Source of the DNA: Octopus sinensis
Taxonomy: Eukaryota
Length of the DNA: 64,000 bases
Direction: 5' to 3'
Assembly: GCF_006345805.1 (NCBI RefSeq)
Contig: NC_042998.1
Coordinates: 151,280,001 to 151,344,000, forward strand
Shown here: one piece after another, positions 13,050-27,559 of the stretch
How positions within the stretch are numbered: position 1 is the stretch's first letter
Layout of the letters: every line of letters begins with the position of its first letter
Program-made: the position numbers and the translations under genes
Notes under the pieces: generated by a model
Told to the model about the DNA's origin: nothing
Seen by the model: the letters and a program-made list of their open reading frames with translations, nothing else
Database searches by the model: none

Positions 13050-13871
13050 AGTAAAGAACATTTTACGCCGTTTTAATGAGCCCACATCACATGATGTAGC
13101 CATCCCTCTTATGATGCTCTCCTATAAGCGCTTCTTTTGTGGAATGGACAAGATGGGCACCATTTCAATATTCCACAGATTGAACCTGCAACAAGAAAAC
13201 TAATTACAAACGAAAAGGTGCCGTCAAATGACTTCTATTCTTACCAACTGATGTTAAGACCAGAACAATCAAAACAATTACACATGCGTCGTAATCTATT
13301 TCAGCAATACCTGGTTTATGTGCATGCTAAAGTTGAGAGTGAGCGTCTCCTCTACATTCGTAACAATAAAAAAATGATAAGGGCTAAAAATTATGTTCAT
13401 CTCCAAAATGCTCTCCATGTCCAGTGGGCAACAATCATAACAGGTTGCCACAAAGAAGAAAATGTCTTTATTTCAAAAATTCCTCTCATACCTACAGTTG
13501 TTCCATTTAAATTTAAGATGCTTCGTTATGGTATTTCAATTAACAAATCTCAGGGTCAATTCCTCAAGGTAGTTGGACTTGATCTCTCTACTACATGCTT
13601 CTCCCACGACCAACTCTATGTTGCTTGCTCGCGAGCTAGAAACAGCAACAATTTATTCATTTCGACACCGGCAAAATATTATACAATGAATATTGTTTAC
13701 CCTAGGGTGTTTCAACATTGACAGATTTTCAGTTCGAAATTCTATTATCATTACAATTTGGATATTTTAAAATAAAATATTATTTTGAAATAACTATGAA
13801 AAATATATCTATATTGATTACTAATGTGAATAAACAGCAGTAACCCGGGCAACGCCAGGTCATTCGGCTAG
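13050..13871 (+). mobile_element. Helitron deletion derivative (Rep region fused to Pif1-helicase C-terminus)
   Basis: ORF 13137-13721: LFQQYLVYVHAKVESERLLYIR (Rep N-terminal region), then SINKSQGQ and FSHDQLYVACSR (helicase motifs). 3' hairpin acccgggcaacgccaggt and CTAG|T at 13868-13872. Confidence 0.9.
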
Positions 13872-14633
13872 TACACACGCACATGTGTGTGTATGTATGT
13901 GTGCAATCATGCATGTATATATAGATATTGCTGTTAGTTGCGTGGACGCTAGCAATGTTTTAGTGATATAGGTGCAGAGATATGTGTGACAGAAGTGGAG
14001 TGTGATTGGTGTTTGAAGGAGAAACAAGGTGGGTGGGTGTTATTGCTGGTGATAACAGCACTAGTAGCGGTGACGGAGGTGGGATGTGATGGGGGGACGG
14101 AAATCAAAGTCTCCGAGCTCATCCTTTTAACTATCTAGGGTGTGGTTAGTATTTGTAGCAAGGGCTTCGTCAAGTGCTGGTGTTCGTAGCTATGACAGGT
14201 GATAGTGTTTGCGCTGGTGGTGAAGGTGGTGGTGATTACGGTTGTGGCCGTGATAGTGGCAGTGGTAGTAGTGTTGGCATTGCAGGTGATGGTTGTAATA
14301 GTTGTGCTGTTAACTTTGGTGGTAGTGGTGTTTCCTAATGGCAGGGGGGAAGGAGATTTGGGGTCGATGGCGAGATTATGGTTGGTGGAGGCGGTGTTGG
14401 CATGGGCGCTAGATAATATTGGTGATTAGTAGTGAATTTGGTATTGGTGTTGGTGATTTTCGCATTAGAAGATTGATGATGTTGTTGTTGTTGTTGTTGA
14501 GGATGATGATGATGATATTGGGGATTTGGTGGAGGTGGTATAGTGGTAATAGTGGTGGTGATGGTGATGATGGTGGTGTGACACTGTACGACCTCCTAGA
14601 AACTCATTTGTTAACACAGCAGCAGCAGCAGTA

Positions 14634-14700
<67 letters not shown>

Positions 14701-16250
14701 GGCTGTTATTGATCGTGATGACTGGAGTTATTGTTGGTGATAATGTTGATAATGTCGGTTGTTATGCTATTATGTTGTAGCTGAACTTGGTGCCGGAGCT
14801 GTGCGTCGAATACTTTGGTGTGTGTGTGTGCGTGGAGAGAAGCGTTCATGCGTATGTGTTTATGTATATTAGAATTCTGTATGTATACGCGTATGTATGC
14901 ACCTTGTTGTGTGTATATAGAATCGTTTGTGTGTGTGTGGATATATCAATATACGCGTGCGTAAATATGTATGAATTTTTCTATGTGGATATATGTATAT
15001 AATAATAAATGTATGTGTGTGTGTGTATGTATGTATGTATGTATGTGTATGTATGTATGTATGTATGTATGGATAGATGGATGGATGTTTGTATCTATAT
15101 ATATTTTTATGTATGTGCTGGTGTGTGTGTTTGTGTGTATGTGTGTGTGTATGTGAGTGTGTATTTGTGTATGTGTGTGTGTGTGTGTGTACGTGTGTGT
15201 GAGAATGTGTGTGTGAGAGTGTGTGTAGGTCTTACGGAGCTGTCAGTCTAAACAAAATCTTGTGTCAATACGGTCCGGCTCCGTTCTACTTGTCAAGGAG
15301 AGTTGATGGTTGGTGGGGCGGTATTTACATTAGGTGGTGGTGGTGGTTGAAATATTGCTGTTGTGACTTGATGGCTATGATACAATGATAGAGATGACGG
15401 TGATGATGGTGGCGGTAATGGTGTTGTTGTTTTTGTTGTTGTTGTTAGTTGTGGTGGTGGGGATGAATGTTGACTATAGCCAGGTTAGGTTGTTTTGCTC
15501 CCAGGTCTGTCGTTAAGCCAGCGACCAATGATCAAGAGCATTCCAGCTGTGGCCATCTCGCATGTTATATACTTACCAAACTACAATTAGCTGTCTCCTA
15601 TCAAATACTGTGGGCTGTGATTTGAGGCATGTTTGATTGCTATATTTAGCAAGTCACATAAGAATAGACGTTCACTTTGCCTGGCGCTGGTGGTGTTTAT
15701 GGTTATAGTGTGTGTGTGTGGGGGTGGGGGTGGATAATGGTAATGAAATGGTGGTGGTGGTGGTGGAGAGATGCAACGGAGTGGGGTAGAGTTGTTGCAG
15801 AAGGTTCATCCAAGCAACCGTCGGGAAGTTATATCTGATAAATAAACAACCATAAAGAGTGAGGGAACGGGTGGATGTTGGGGGACATGGCGCTACTTCT
15901 AGAAGCGAGTAGGGAGTGCTTCTGTGTATGTGTGTGCTACGTCTGTTGTGTGTGTATGTGTGTGTGTGTTAGGCGACTGTGTACTTGTGACCAGCTAACG
16001 CCGTGGATGTGTTCCCTACAAGCTATAGAACTGTACGAGTAAGTATACACGCGTGCGTATATGTATGTATATACACGTAATATTCAGACATACATATATA
16101 TGAGTGTATGTGTGTGTGTGTGCGTGCATCCGAGTGTATACATATATATAAATATATATGTATACATATTTACACACATACACTCATATATGTAGATATA
16201 TATACGTATATGTATGTATATGTATGTATATGTATGTGTATATATACACG

Positions 16251-16284
<34 letters not shown>

Positions 16285-16810
16285 ATATATATATATGTGT
16301 GTGTTATCTGTCACGCTCGCGTTTTCTCTCTCCCCCTTCTCCTTACATTTATTTGTTTTTGCGTGAGATCTTTGTATAGACGCAATCGTATGTATTTGTG
16401 AATGTATGTATGTATGTATGTATGTATGTATGTATGTATGTATGTATGTATGTATGTATGTATGTATGTATGTATGAAGGTATGTATGTATGTATGTATG
16501 TATGTATGTATTCATGTATGCATGTATGTGTGTGTGTGTGTGGTCTATTTTGACTTTGTATGTATTTCAATGCGTATTATCATTATGTAAATTTGTCGCA
16601 TACATAAAATTTATGGTTGTGAGTGCGCGAGTGTGTGTGTGTGTAATGCATGTGGGCGTATTTCTATATTTTAGTATAAACAGGCATAAGTAGTCACGTG
16701 ATTTTATATTTCGACGCAATTTTATTTTTGCATCTGTGGAAAAAATATTTTTAAATACACTCTGTGAATGGAATACATTCAATACAAGCAGAGAAGTGGA
16801 TAGACACACA

Positions 16811-16841
<31 letters not shown>

Positions 16842-16899
16842 TCGAACAGTAATTGACCAGCTTCAGTAGTTGGTCATCAGAAACATGGAGATAAGCGTA

Positions 16900-18010
16900 T
16901 GAGGGTCGGCTTAAAGATTCATAGGCTGACCAAGATACACTTATGCACTGTGACCAAATGAGGTTTATTCTTCAACGTAGAACCCCTTACGGTCCACATG
17001 CTTTTTCTATCGGTATTGCCGTGTTTGGATCCCTTTGGAGAAGGAGCTTTCATCCTGTTGGTATAAAAGTCATCAATAGCAGGTATGACGTAATCATCAC
17101 TGTAATAGCGATTCTTAGCCCGGTATTTTTTCATGTTGGGAACAGATGATAGTCAGATGGGGCGAAATCAGTAGAATAGGGTGAGTGATCAACAAATTCA
17201 AAATCACAATCACACACAACAGCCGTTGAAACCAAGGACATGTGTACTGGAGCATTGTGTTTCAACACGACCTCTTTCGGCAGTCTGACTGGCCGTTTGG
17301 TCTTGATAGCCTTTCGTAAATGCTTCAGCAAGCTGGCATAATACTTTCCATTGATGGTGCGACCCTTTTTGAAGATAGTCGATAAATGCAATGCCTGTGG
17401 GAAAAAAAAAACTGAGGTCATCAACTTCCCTTTCGATGGAAACGAGCTTGGCCTTCTTTTGGAGCAGGTGAGGAGGCGGTGTTTCCATTGCATGGATTGT
17501 CTCTTTGTCCCTGGCTCAAACTAATGAACCCTACAATCATCATGGCTTAGGAAACTTTCAAGGTAACAAGCTGGATCTGACTGAAACAATGCCAGATTTA
17601 GCCGTGATGTGATTAGCCCGGTGCACTTTTGATCAGGTATCAGAAAGCGTGAAACCCACCGAGCAGCGAGGTTCGTCACTGAAATTCATTGTGCAGAATA
17701 TTCTCAACTATATCACAATACATGCTAATAGCATTGGCTATTTGATTTGTAATCAATCGTCTATCATCTACCACCATGTGGTGAACATGATCAATGTTTT
17801 CTCCGTTGGCGGCTGTTGCAGAAAGTCCAGACGTTGAGACATCATCAAGACTCTCCTTTCCTCTCCTAAATTCAGTTGCTCACTTTTGCACTGCTGATAA
17901 AGCATCTGGAGTCTAAACTCTTTTTCTGCAGGTACTTAATAACACCACGATGCTAAACTTGGTCCATTTTCTAGAGGAGATGCTAGAAGTTACTTTTGAA
18001 GTATCCTCTC
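16900..18010 (-). mobile_element. mariner transposon relic
   Basis: MQWKH..SKGKLMTSVF, GRTINGKYYASLL, HNAPVH and YSTDFAPSDYHLF. Terminus ta|tgagggtcggc. Confidence 0.88.
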
Positions 18011-18990
18011 GAAGAGAAAGTATTCTCTACCAATGTAAGCAAAAGACCAACAGACACATATTAAAAGTTGTAAATGAAACTGGAGAAGAGTACTTACTGT
18101 AGTGCAATGAACCTTCATTCTGGCAGATTAACACCCGTCAATGTGGTCTGCAAAGCAGTACATGAACGACACCGGAAAGTAAACAAAACCGAAACAACGA
18201 AGGAAATGCCATCATGGGTTTTTGAAGACAGAGAAAAAGATAACAAATAACTAATGTTGAGATCCGAGTCATTGATGTGAAAACCTGCAAGATACCAAAC
18301 AACACAAATAATTTTCACATCTAGAACGATGTAGACCGCCTCTACCTAAAACGAAAGCAAGAGGTCAAAGGCTTAACATCGATCCAGACTGCCTTTGAAT
18401 GTCATATCATATCCCTTCTGCCACATCTTTTAACCACCAAGTGCCAAATGCAAGTCTTGACCAATTTTGCGTATACGAGGCAGATAACATCATGACACTT
18501 GGAAAACGGTTCCATGAGCAGCATTCTATGTCTGATAAAGCTTGAATATATATCCAAAGAAGTCGCACGACTCTATCGCAGCGTATCATCAGATGAATGG
18601 ATGAGCGTATATCAACAGAAGACGATGCATGGATACGTTAGCGGAAAGCTCCTGTACAATAGTAACATTGATAATCAAAGCAGTCTATCATGGACCAGCA
18701 ACCGATTTACTAACTCTCACTTAGAAGAGTATGCGTTTACAATCCAGGAACAGGAAATATCAACCAAATAGTTGATACATAAGAGGGACAGAGATGCAGG
18801 AAAGACACCAAAATGTGATAACCAATGCAGACTTTGTAGAGTTAACACCGAAGATTTCACGCACATTATAAGCAGTTGTTCAAAGTGTGATTGCGATGAG
18901 ACATGTTGTAACGAACACATTGTATAATGACATGCATCGGAAGGATAACCCTGAGGGAAAAGAAATAAGAACCCACAGTATAGATGCATA
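18010..18990 (+). mobile_element. R4-like LINE fragments
   Basis: DRLYLKRK, QKTMHGY, EYAFTIQEQEISTK and zinc knuckle CRLCRVNTEDFTHIISSC. Confidence 0.75.
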
Positions 18991-19099
18991 CCACAAGTTT
19001 TGAGACTTTTTAGGAGAAGCAGTTATAACTATTCTAGATTACTGTAATTTTTGTATATCATTACTGTACATCCACCAAGATTATCTATCAACTTGTTTA

Positions 19100-19985
19100 T
19101 TCCAAGTTGAAGGAGGCGATTGTAACATTGCTAAACGCTGCTTGTCACAGCTGACTTGCTTGCACGTTACAATCAAGACGTGAAGACAATTTAGAAGCTG
19201 GTTATGAAATAAAGTTTTGTGTTAAGCAGGGAAAAAAACTCTACAGAAACTTATGAAATGCTTCAGTCTGCATAAGAATTAACTTGTGGGAGCCGAGCAA
19301 CTGTTTTTTGCTGACACAAGAGGTCCAAGAACGATAGAGATGAAGTGAGAGATAATGAAAGCCGTGAAATGGAGAGGAACGTTAGAATATCAAAGTTGGT
19401 TGAGAAAATTCGCAATTTTCTGGATGATGATTGTCATAGACATAAAATTGGGAGTCGGTGTGACAATTGTACACAAAATTATTCTTAAAAATCTGAACAT
19501 GCGCAAAAGTTGTGCACAGTTTATTCCCAGTGTGCTCAGTGTGACGAAACCGAAGGAAAGATGCGTTTGTGACAGCAGGGAGCCGGTCGAGCTCATTATC
19601 TCCAATCCAAGAGCGCTCGATTCTCTAGTGACGAATATCGAAAGCTAGACCGACTGTTATGATTCAGAGACCAATAGACGGAGTGCCCAGTAGAAGCACC
19701 CTGAGACGGGTATCAAAACTGTCGCACATCTACAGTCCAGACCTTGCTCTCCGTGCCGTGACTTTTGGTTATACCCCAAGCTGAAGAACAATCTCAAGGG
19801 CAGTTGTATTAAAGTCAGTGAGAAGATGGAGGTTGTGAGAAGGGTCCTAGACACACTCCACTTTGGAGGATTGCCATGGGGCCTTCACAAAGTGGCTGGA
19901 GCGCCACAACAGTGCATTAAAGTCAGAGGTTCCTACTTTGAAGTAGAGTAAGTTTTTGTACTTCTCTGAAATTTATATACAACTC
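19100..19985 (+). mobile_element. Degenerate mariner
   Basis: IKFCVKQGK..TETYEML, NLNMRKSCAQFIPSVL, YDSETNRRS and YSPDLAP-like motif. Confidence 0.75.
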
Positions 19986-20536
19986 TCTTGAAATATTTAT
20001 TAATTGTATGTTTATGCATTATACATATATACAATTATACATAAACACCCACACATACACACATACATACATACATACATACATACATACATACATACAT
20101 ACATACATGCATACATACATACATGCATACATACATACATACATACATACACACATACATACATACATACATACATACATACATACATACATACATACAT
20201 ACATACGTTCATATGTTATATATTTCAAATGTGTCCTTGAACGTATAGTGTGCATGTATGTAGGTACATGCATGTCCCAGCTTATAATACTACGCAATTA
20301 CATATGAGCGTGTAAGTATATGTGTGTGTCTGCTTGCGTGCACGCATTTCTGTGTATGAGTATGTATGCATGTGTGTGTGAGCGCGTGAGAGTGCGTATT
20401 CTAATATGCACATCAGCGTGTATATGCGTCATAACCCCTGCATTGTCAGAAATATATGTTCGCGTAGATATACAGACACACGCACACTTAATTGAACATA
20501 ATACATTCCCTCATACGCACATGCAAATAACAAACC

Positions 20537-20608
<72 letters not shown>

Positions 20609-20627
20609 CACACATGCATATATTGTG

Positions 20628-20666
<39 letters not shown>

Positions 20667-20915
20667 CATATATGTACTACATATAAGACCAAAAGGCTAC
20701 GGGCGCCATACAGACACACGTACATAATACAATGCTCATTTGCATTTGTATATTGACCTATATCTATCAATGTTCGCACTTACACACACACACACACACG
20801 CACACGCACACACAGAGAAACACAGACACAGACATAGAAGCACAACACAAACAAAACACACAACCATATACTCTCATACATATGTATGTAAATGCCAATA
20901 AAAAGTCACTCCCTT

Positions 20916-20970
<55 letters not shown>

Positions 20971-21195
20971 AGCATATATACAACATGTATACAGATATGC
21001 GTACAACTGAATGTATGTTTATGTATGTATGTAATGTATGTATGTGTGCATTTATTCATATATACAATTAACTAAGCATATACATATATTAAATGTATAT
21101 AAAAATCCGTACATGTTACATTAAGCAAGCATACATATGTGCGGCCATACACACACGCACACATACACACACATATATACATATATACATATATG

Positions 21196-21263
<68 letters not shown>

Positions 21264-21815
21264 CGTAGATATGTATATATACTTATAGAGAGAGATATAT
21301 AGGTAGATAGATACATACATATATGTATACATGCTTACTTATATGTCTCTATGTATATATGCATAGATTACATATATATATGTATGTATGTATACATATA
21401 TTCTAAATATCTATATATATGTATATATATATATTTATATGTAAATACATATAATCTACACACACATGTGTGAGTGTGAACGTATACACCTGCATGTGTT
21501 TATATACGTGTGTGTGTGTGCGTGTGTGTGTGTGTCTGAGCACGTGAGCTATAACAAACAGTTCTATTGAAGTCCGCCATGTTGAATGGTTTGTTTTCTC
21601 TGTCTGACTCTCTGTATATCTCTCTGAAGCATTCATTGAGACATAAAAAAATACATAGATAAAAAGGTATTTCCTAACGCAGGCCTATATTTGCTCAATT
21701 TCAATAACAATATACACCATTTTTTTTCATTCCTTTTTAAAGGTTTCCTTCATACACTCCACCATGATACACGCCGCAATTGCAGACGCCAACACCATTG
21801 ACGCCACCATTTCGT

Positions 21816-21855
<40 letters not shown>

Positions 21856-22111
21856 CACCACCACCACCACCACCACCACTACTACTACTACTACTAACTA
21901 CTACTACTACTACTACTACTACTACTGCATTCGTCTCGAAAACACCAGCTGCAGAAATAACATCATCCCCACCTCCTGATGCAATATGGAGTACTGTTGG
22001 TTGTGTAACGTTATATTTATGTATGTATGAATGAATGTATATATGTCTATTATGTATATATGAATGCAAGTATGTATGCATGTTTACATGTATGTATGCA
22101 TGTATGTATAT

Positions 22112-22149
<38 letters not shown>

Positions 22150-22545
22150 ATAGTATATTATGTAGATATTTATATGTATATTTATATTATATATCTGTAT
22201 GTATTTATGTATCTATGCATGCCTGCCTATATATGCATTGACGGCATATAGTTTTTCACTGGTGTGTTTATATGAAGGCTACGCAGAAGTACAACCTACA
22301 AACGTCCTCAGTTACGCTCTTACAGGAAATATGTACATGAAAATTTTAATGTGTGCGTATGTGTGCGTGTTTGTATTAAACATTTGCGAATAGAACCTGT
22401 TGCTAGCTGCTCGATTAACTCATTCTAATTTCATTGTCAGCGTACGTAAATAATAAACCACACGTGGGGAAAATATTGAGATTGTGGTCCGAAGATTATT
22501 TGGCAGTAGCTGGGTATGAAACCTAATGTTAATATATATTATATA

Positions 22546-23916
22546 CTAGCAGAGATACCAGGCGTTGCTCGGGATTAAAATGGTATAGTGTGAATATACA
22601 AAACGTCGAGCTGCATCTGAGCAAGTTAGTTCTTAATATATATGTGTTTATGTATATATGTATGCATGTATTTATGTATGGGTGTATGCATGTATTTGTG
22701 TATGTATGTGTGTGTATATATGTATGTATGTATCTGTCTATGTCTGTATGTGTGTGTATGCATGTATTTTTGTAAATGCGCATGCGTATACGTATATATG
22801 TATGTATGCATGTATGTACATTTGTATATATGTATATAAGAGTGTAGGCATGTCTGCGCGTGTGTATATGTGTATGTACATGTAAAAATATGTTTATGTA
22901 CTGATATGTGTGTCTCTTGAAGTTGTATATAACTGTTACTCCGTTGAAGGTTGTATATATATATATGTTCCGAGCACACGATCTCAGAACAAGTCACTTG
23001 CTATGCAAGTACATTTTCGTAAATAGAAAGATTATCACTATGAAGTGTTATATTGTTTTAATCGAAATGAAAATAAAATTTCGTATTGACACTGACTAGC
23101 CCTCACTTACATATAGTATGTTTAATAACGTACCTAACGCGGAAAGACACACACATCATGAGAATATATACACTCATACACTCACATACATAGATACACA
23201 GACAGATACACAATCATATAGAAAATGTGACGTGTGGTGGTTAGAATTAAAAGGAAAAGTATAAAAGTGAAACATATAGTATGTTTAATAACGTACCTAA
23301 CGCGGAAAGACTCACACACTGTGAGACATATGCACACTCATACATTCATACATATACATTCACAGACAGATACACAGTCATACACAAAATGTGACGTCGT
23401 CATGGTTAAGCAGCCCTCACATACATATAGTATGTTTAATAACATACCTAACGCAGGAAGACACACACACACTATGAGACATATACACACTCATACACTC
23501 ACACGCGTCGTGGTGGTGGTTGGAATTAGAAGTAAAAGTTTCAAAGTGAAACATAGTATTTTAATAACGTGCTTTACGCGGGAAGATACACACATTGTAA
23601 GACATATACACACTCATATACTCACAGACTCATATACACACAATCATATACAAAACGTGACGTCGTCGTCGTCGGGGTTAGAATTAAAAGTAAAAGTATA
23701 AAAGTGAAACAATATATCACATTACAATATAGATGTTATTCTTTCACTTTTATTCTTCGAGTTTTAACACGTACTACGGAACTAGTGCCAATGCTGCATT
23801 GTTTTAATCCAAAAACATTACATGTTGACACTCACGTAAAATATGACCTGATTTGGCTGAGTCGTTTGAAAATACATTGGGAACAGACAAAGGATTTATT
23901 TTATATATAATATAGA
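22546..23916 (-). mobile_element. Non-autonomous Helitron with internal minisatellite
   Basis: Minus strand starts A|TCtatattatatataaa and ends cccgagcaacgcctggtatctctgCTAG|T. About 4 copies of a ~130-165-bp unit at 23105-23715. Confidence 0.8.
23105..23715. repeat. Minisatellite (~4 diverged units)
   Basis: Unit acatatagtatgtttaataacgtacctaacgcggaaagacacac...gacgt..gtggttagaattaaaag..aaaagtgaa recurs at ~23109, 23271, 23423 and 23551. Confidence 0.85.
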
Positions 23917-23932
23917 TAATCAATAACGGTAA

Positions 23933-23965
<33 letters not shown>

Positions 23966-23989
23966 TATTTGTTTTATTTTTATCTTTTG

Positions 23990-24356
23990 TCTCTTACTTG
24001 TTTCAATCATTAGTTAGCGGCCATGCTGGAGCTTCGTCTTGAAGAAATTTTAGTCGAATGAATCGACACCAATAATTCTCTTGCACTTCTGATACTTTTT
24101 CTAACGGATTCTTTTGCCGAACAGTCAAGTTATTGAGACGTAAACACACTAACGCCGGTTGTCAAGCGGAAGTGTAGGGCAGACATACATAGATATATAT
24201 ACATATATAAGATGGCATTCTTTCCGCTTCCGTCTATCAAATACACTTACGTGGCTTTGGTCGGCCAGAGGCTGTAGTAAAAGACACTTGCACAAAGTGC
24301 CATCCAGTGTAACTGAACCTGAAACCAACGGATGAGAAGCAAACTCCTTACCATAC
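23990..24356 (-). mobile_element. SINE (abundant family), diverged
   Basis: Matches 34080-34498 along its length. Confidence 0.75.
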
Positions 24357-24422
24357 ATTCAATCTCTTCTCCGCTTAAAATGTACTATATATTACATACA
24401 TACTTGTATATATATATATATA

Positions 24423-25262
24423 CGTGGGACGTTCAATAAGTAATGCCTCTGACCCACTTGCAGTTGTTTGATCTAGCTGAAATTTTGCATGTGCAATTAT
24501 TTATATCTCTATAGATTAATAAGCTAATTATGGTTTCTGATTTACAGGTGTTTGAACTGAGTCAAGTGTGAAATGGAGCCTGTTGAGTGTCGAGCAGTGA
24601 TCCGGTTTTTGTATTTGAAAGGACGCACACCACAGGAGACTTTTGATGAAATGAAAGTAACTTATGGTGATGATGCCCCATCATATGACCTTGTAAAACG
24701 CTGGCGTCGTGAATTCAAACATGGTCGGAACTCTGTGGAAACAGCTCCCAGATCTGATCACTCACTTCTGCCATTGATGAGGCATATGTCCGTCAGGTTG
24801 AGGCTGCCATTTTGGAAGATCGATGCATAACTATTCGCCAAATAGCCCATGAGGTCAAGATTAGTACCGGGTCTGTGGAAACTATCATTCATGACCATTT
24901 GCATATGCAAAAGGTGTCTGCCAGATGGATTCCCAGGCTGCTCACACCCTTCCAGAAGCAAGAACGCGTCGAGTGCTCGAGGATGAATTTGGAGATGTGC
25001 CAAGAAGATGAGTCAAAATTTTTCAAAAGACTGATTACACAGGATGAAACCTGGGTCCATCACTATGATTCAGAGACCAAAGCCCAGTCAATGCAGTGGA
25101 AGCACCGTGACTCACCTCCTCCAAAGAAGGCAAGGGTGCAGCCCTCCGTTGGCAAGGTCATGCTCACAGTCTTCTGGGACCAGGACGGAGTAGTGATGAC
25201 AGATTTCTTGGCAAAGGGTACCACAATTACAGGAGCCTATTATGCTTCACTTTTGAGGAAAT
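24423..25262 (+). mobile_element. mariner transposon, relatively young, cut off at TA repeat/gap
   Basis: TA|cgtgggacgttcaataagtaatgcc end. ORFs 24573-24830 (MEPVECRAVIRFLYLKG) and 24812- (WIPRLL, ITQDETWVHHYD, GKVMLTVFWD) with one frameshift. Confidence 0.92.
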
Positions 25263-25306
25263 TATATATATATACATATATATATATAATATATATATAT
25301 ATACAT

Positions 25307-25406
25307 NNNNNNNNNNNNNNNNNNNNNNNNNNNNNNNNNNNNNNNNNNNNNNNNNNNNNNNNNNNNNNNNNNNNNNNNNNNNNNNNNNNNNNNNNNNNNN
25401 NNNNNN
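25307..25406. other. Assembly gap (100 N)
   Basis: Run of N. Confidence 1.
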
Positions 25407-25565
25407 TATACTACACAAATTACTACACATTAACCCGGAGTTTCTACCTTTGAATAGGTCGCTTCATCCGTGTTAGTTTAGTGAATTTTGCTACCCTGGT
25501 AACTGTTTATTGAATCTTCCATGTTAACGGTAAACAAATGATTTCATCCATTTATATATATATAT

Positions 25566-26462
<897 letters not shown>

Positions 26463-26470
26463 TGTATACG

Positions 26471-26504
<34 letters not shown>

Positions 26505-27082
26505 ATATATATATATATAATATATATATAATATATATATAATATATATAATATATATACACACGCAAACACACAGATGTTATATAAACAATTATATGCG
26601 TATATGTACATATATCTGTGTATGTATTATGTATGTATGTATGTATGTAAAACAAAACTATACACCCATTCCTATGCATGCATATTTCCTTATGCGTGTG
26701 TTTAGATGTACGTGTTTGTGTGTATTTGTGTTTGTATACGTGCGTGTGTCTGTATGCGTACATATGTATTTGCATGTGTATATGTGAGTGCGCGCGTCCG
26801 TGCGTATGTGCGTGTGTGTGCTTGTGTGTGTAGATAGATACGTGAGATAAATATACAAATACACGATTATACTTGGTGATATTATCCGACATTTTCGATA
26901 AGCCACACAAATATACACAGAGGGAACAGGGTAGAGGTAGGGACGTGTATGTGTATGTGTGTGTGTGTATGTATGTGTGTGTTTGTGTGTTTGAGAGAGA
27001 GAGAGAGAGAGAGTGGAGGAAATTGATGCGAGACGGTGAATGAGGGAATGTGGGAGAAACACAGCGCGCGCGCACTCGCCCA

Positions 27083-27119
<37 letters not shown>

Positions 27120-27342
27120 GCACGCATGCACATACACATAGTGACACGAAGATAGACTTATCAGTGACTCTATCTCTGTTTTACTATCTTTCCTTCAACA
27201 CACACACACGCACACAAATATACAATTATGTGGGTGTATATATATAAAGTTAATCCAAACAAGAAAACAAAAAGACAATAACGCAAGGATGTGGAACAAA
27301 TAAAGTATTATTGGACGCTCAGGAAAGAAGGGAAGAAGGAGG

Positions 27343-27377
27343 GTTTGACGTTTCGAGCGGAGCTCTTCGTCGGAAAC
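27343..27377 (-). ncRNA. Minimal hammerhead-like motif, CCGACGA core variant
   Basis: GTTT-CCGACGA-A-GAGC-TCC-GCTC-GAAAC-GTC-AAAC. Confidence 0.6.
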
Positions 27378-27559
27378 ATAGGAGAAGGAAAGATCCCGAG
27401 AAGGGAAGACAGAAGAAAAAAAAAATCGCTGGTGATACAGACGAGGTCACATACTAAAAGGCGGAAGTGGTGAAAGTAGATGAAAATGTTTTTAAAAAAC
27501 AGGAGAGCTATATCAAAGACGGAATGGTAAAGAAGGTGTGCGAAGATGGCAAGTGTGAG

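Noticed and set aside
23105-23715. CRISPR-like repeat/spacer pattern
   Set aside because: Whole units are homologous with no unique spacers, there are no cas genes, and the array lies inside a Helitron in animal DNA.
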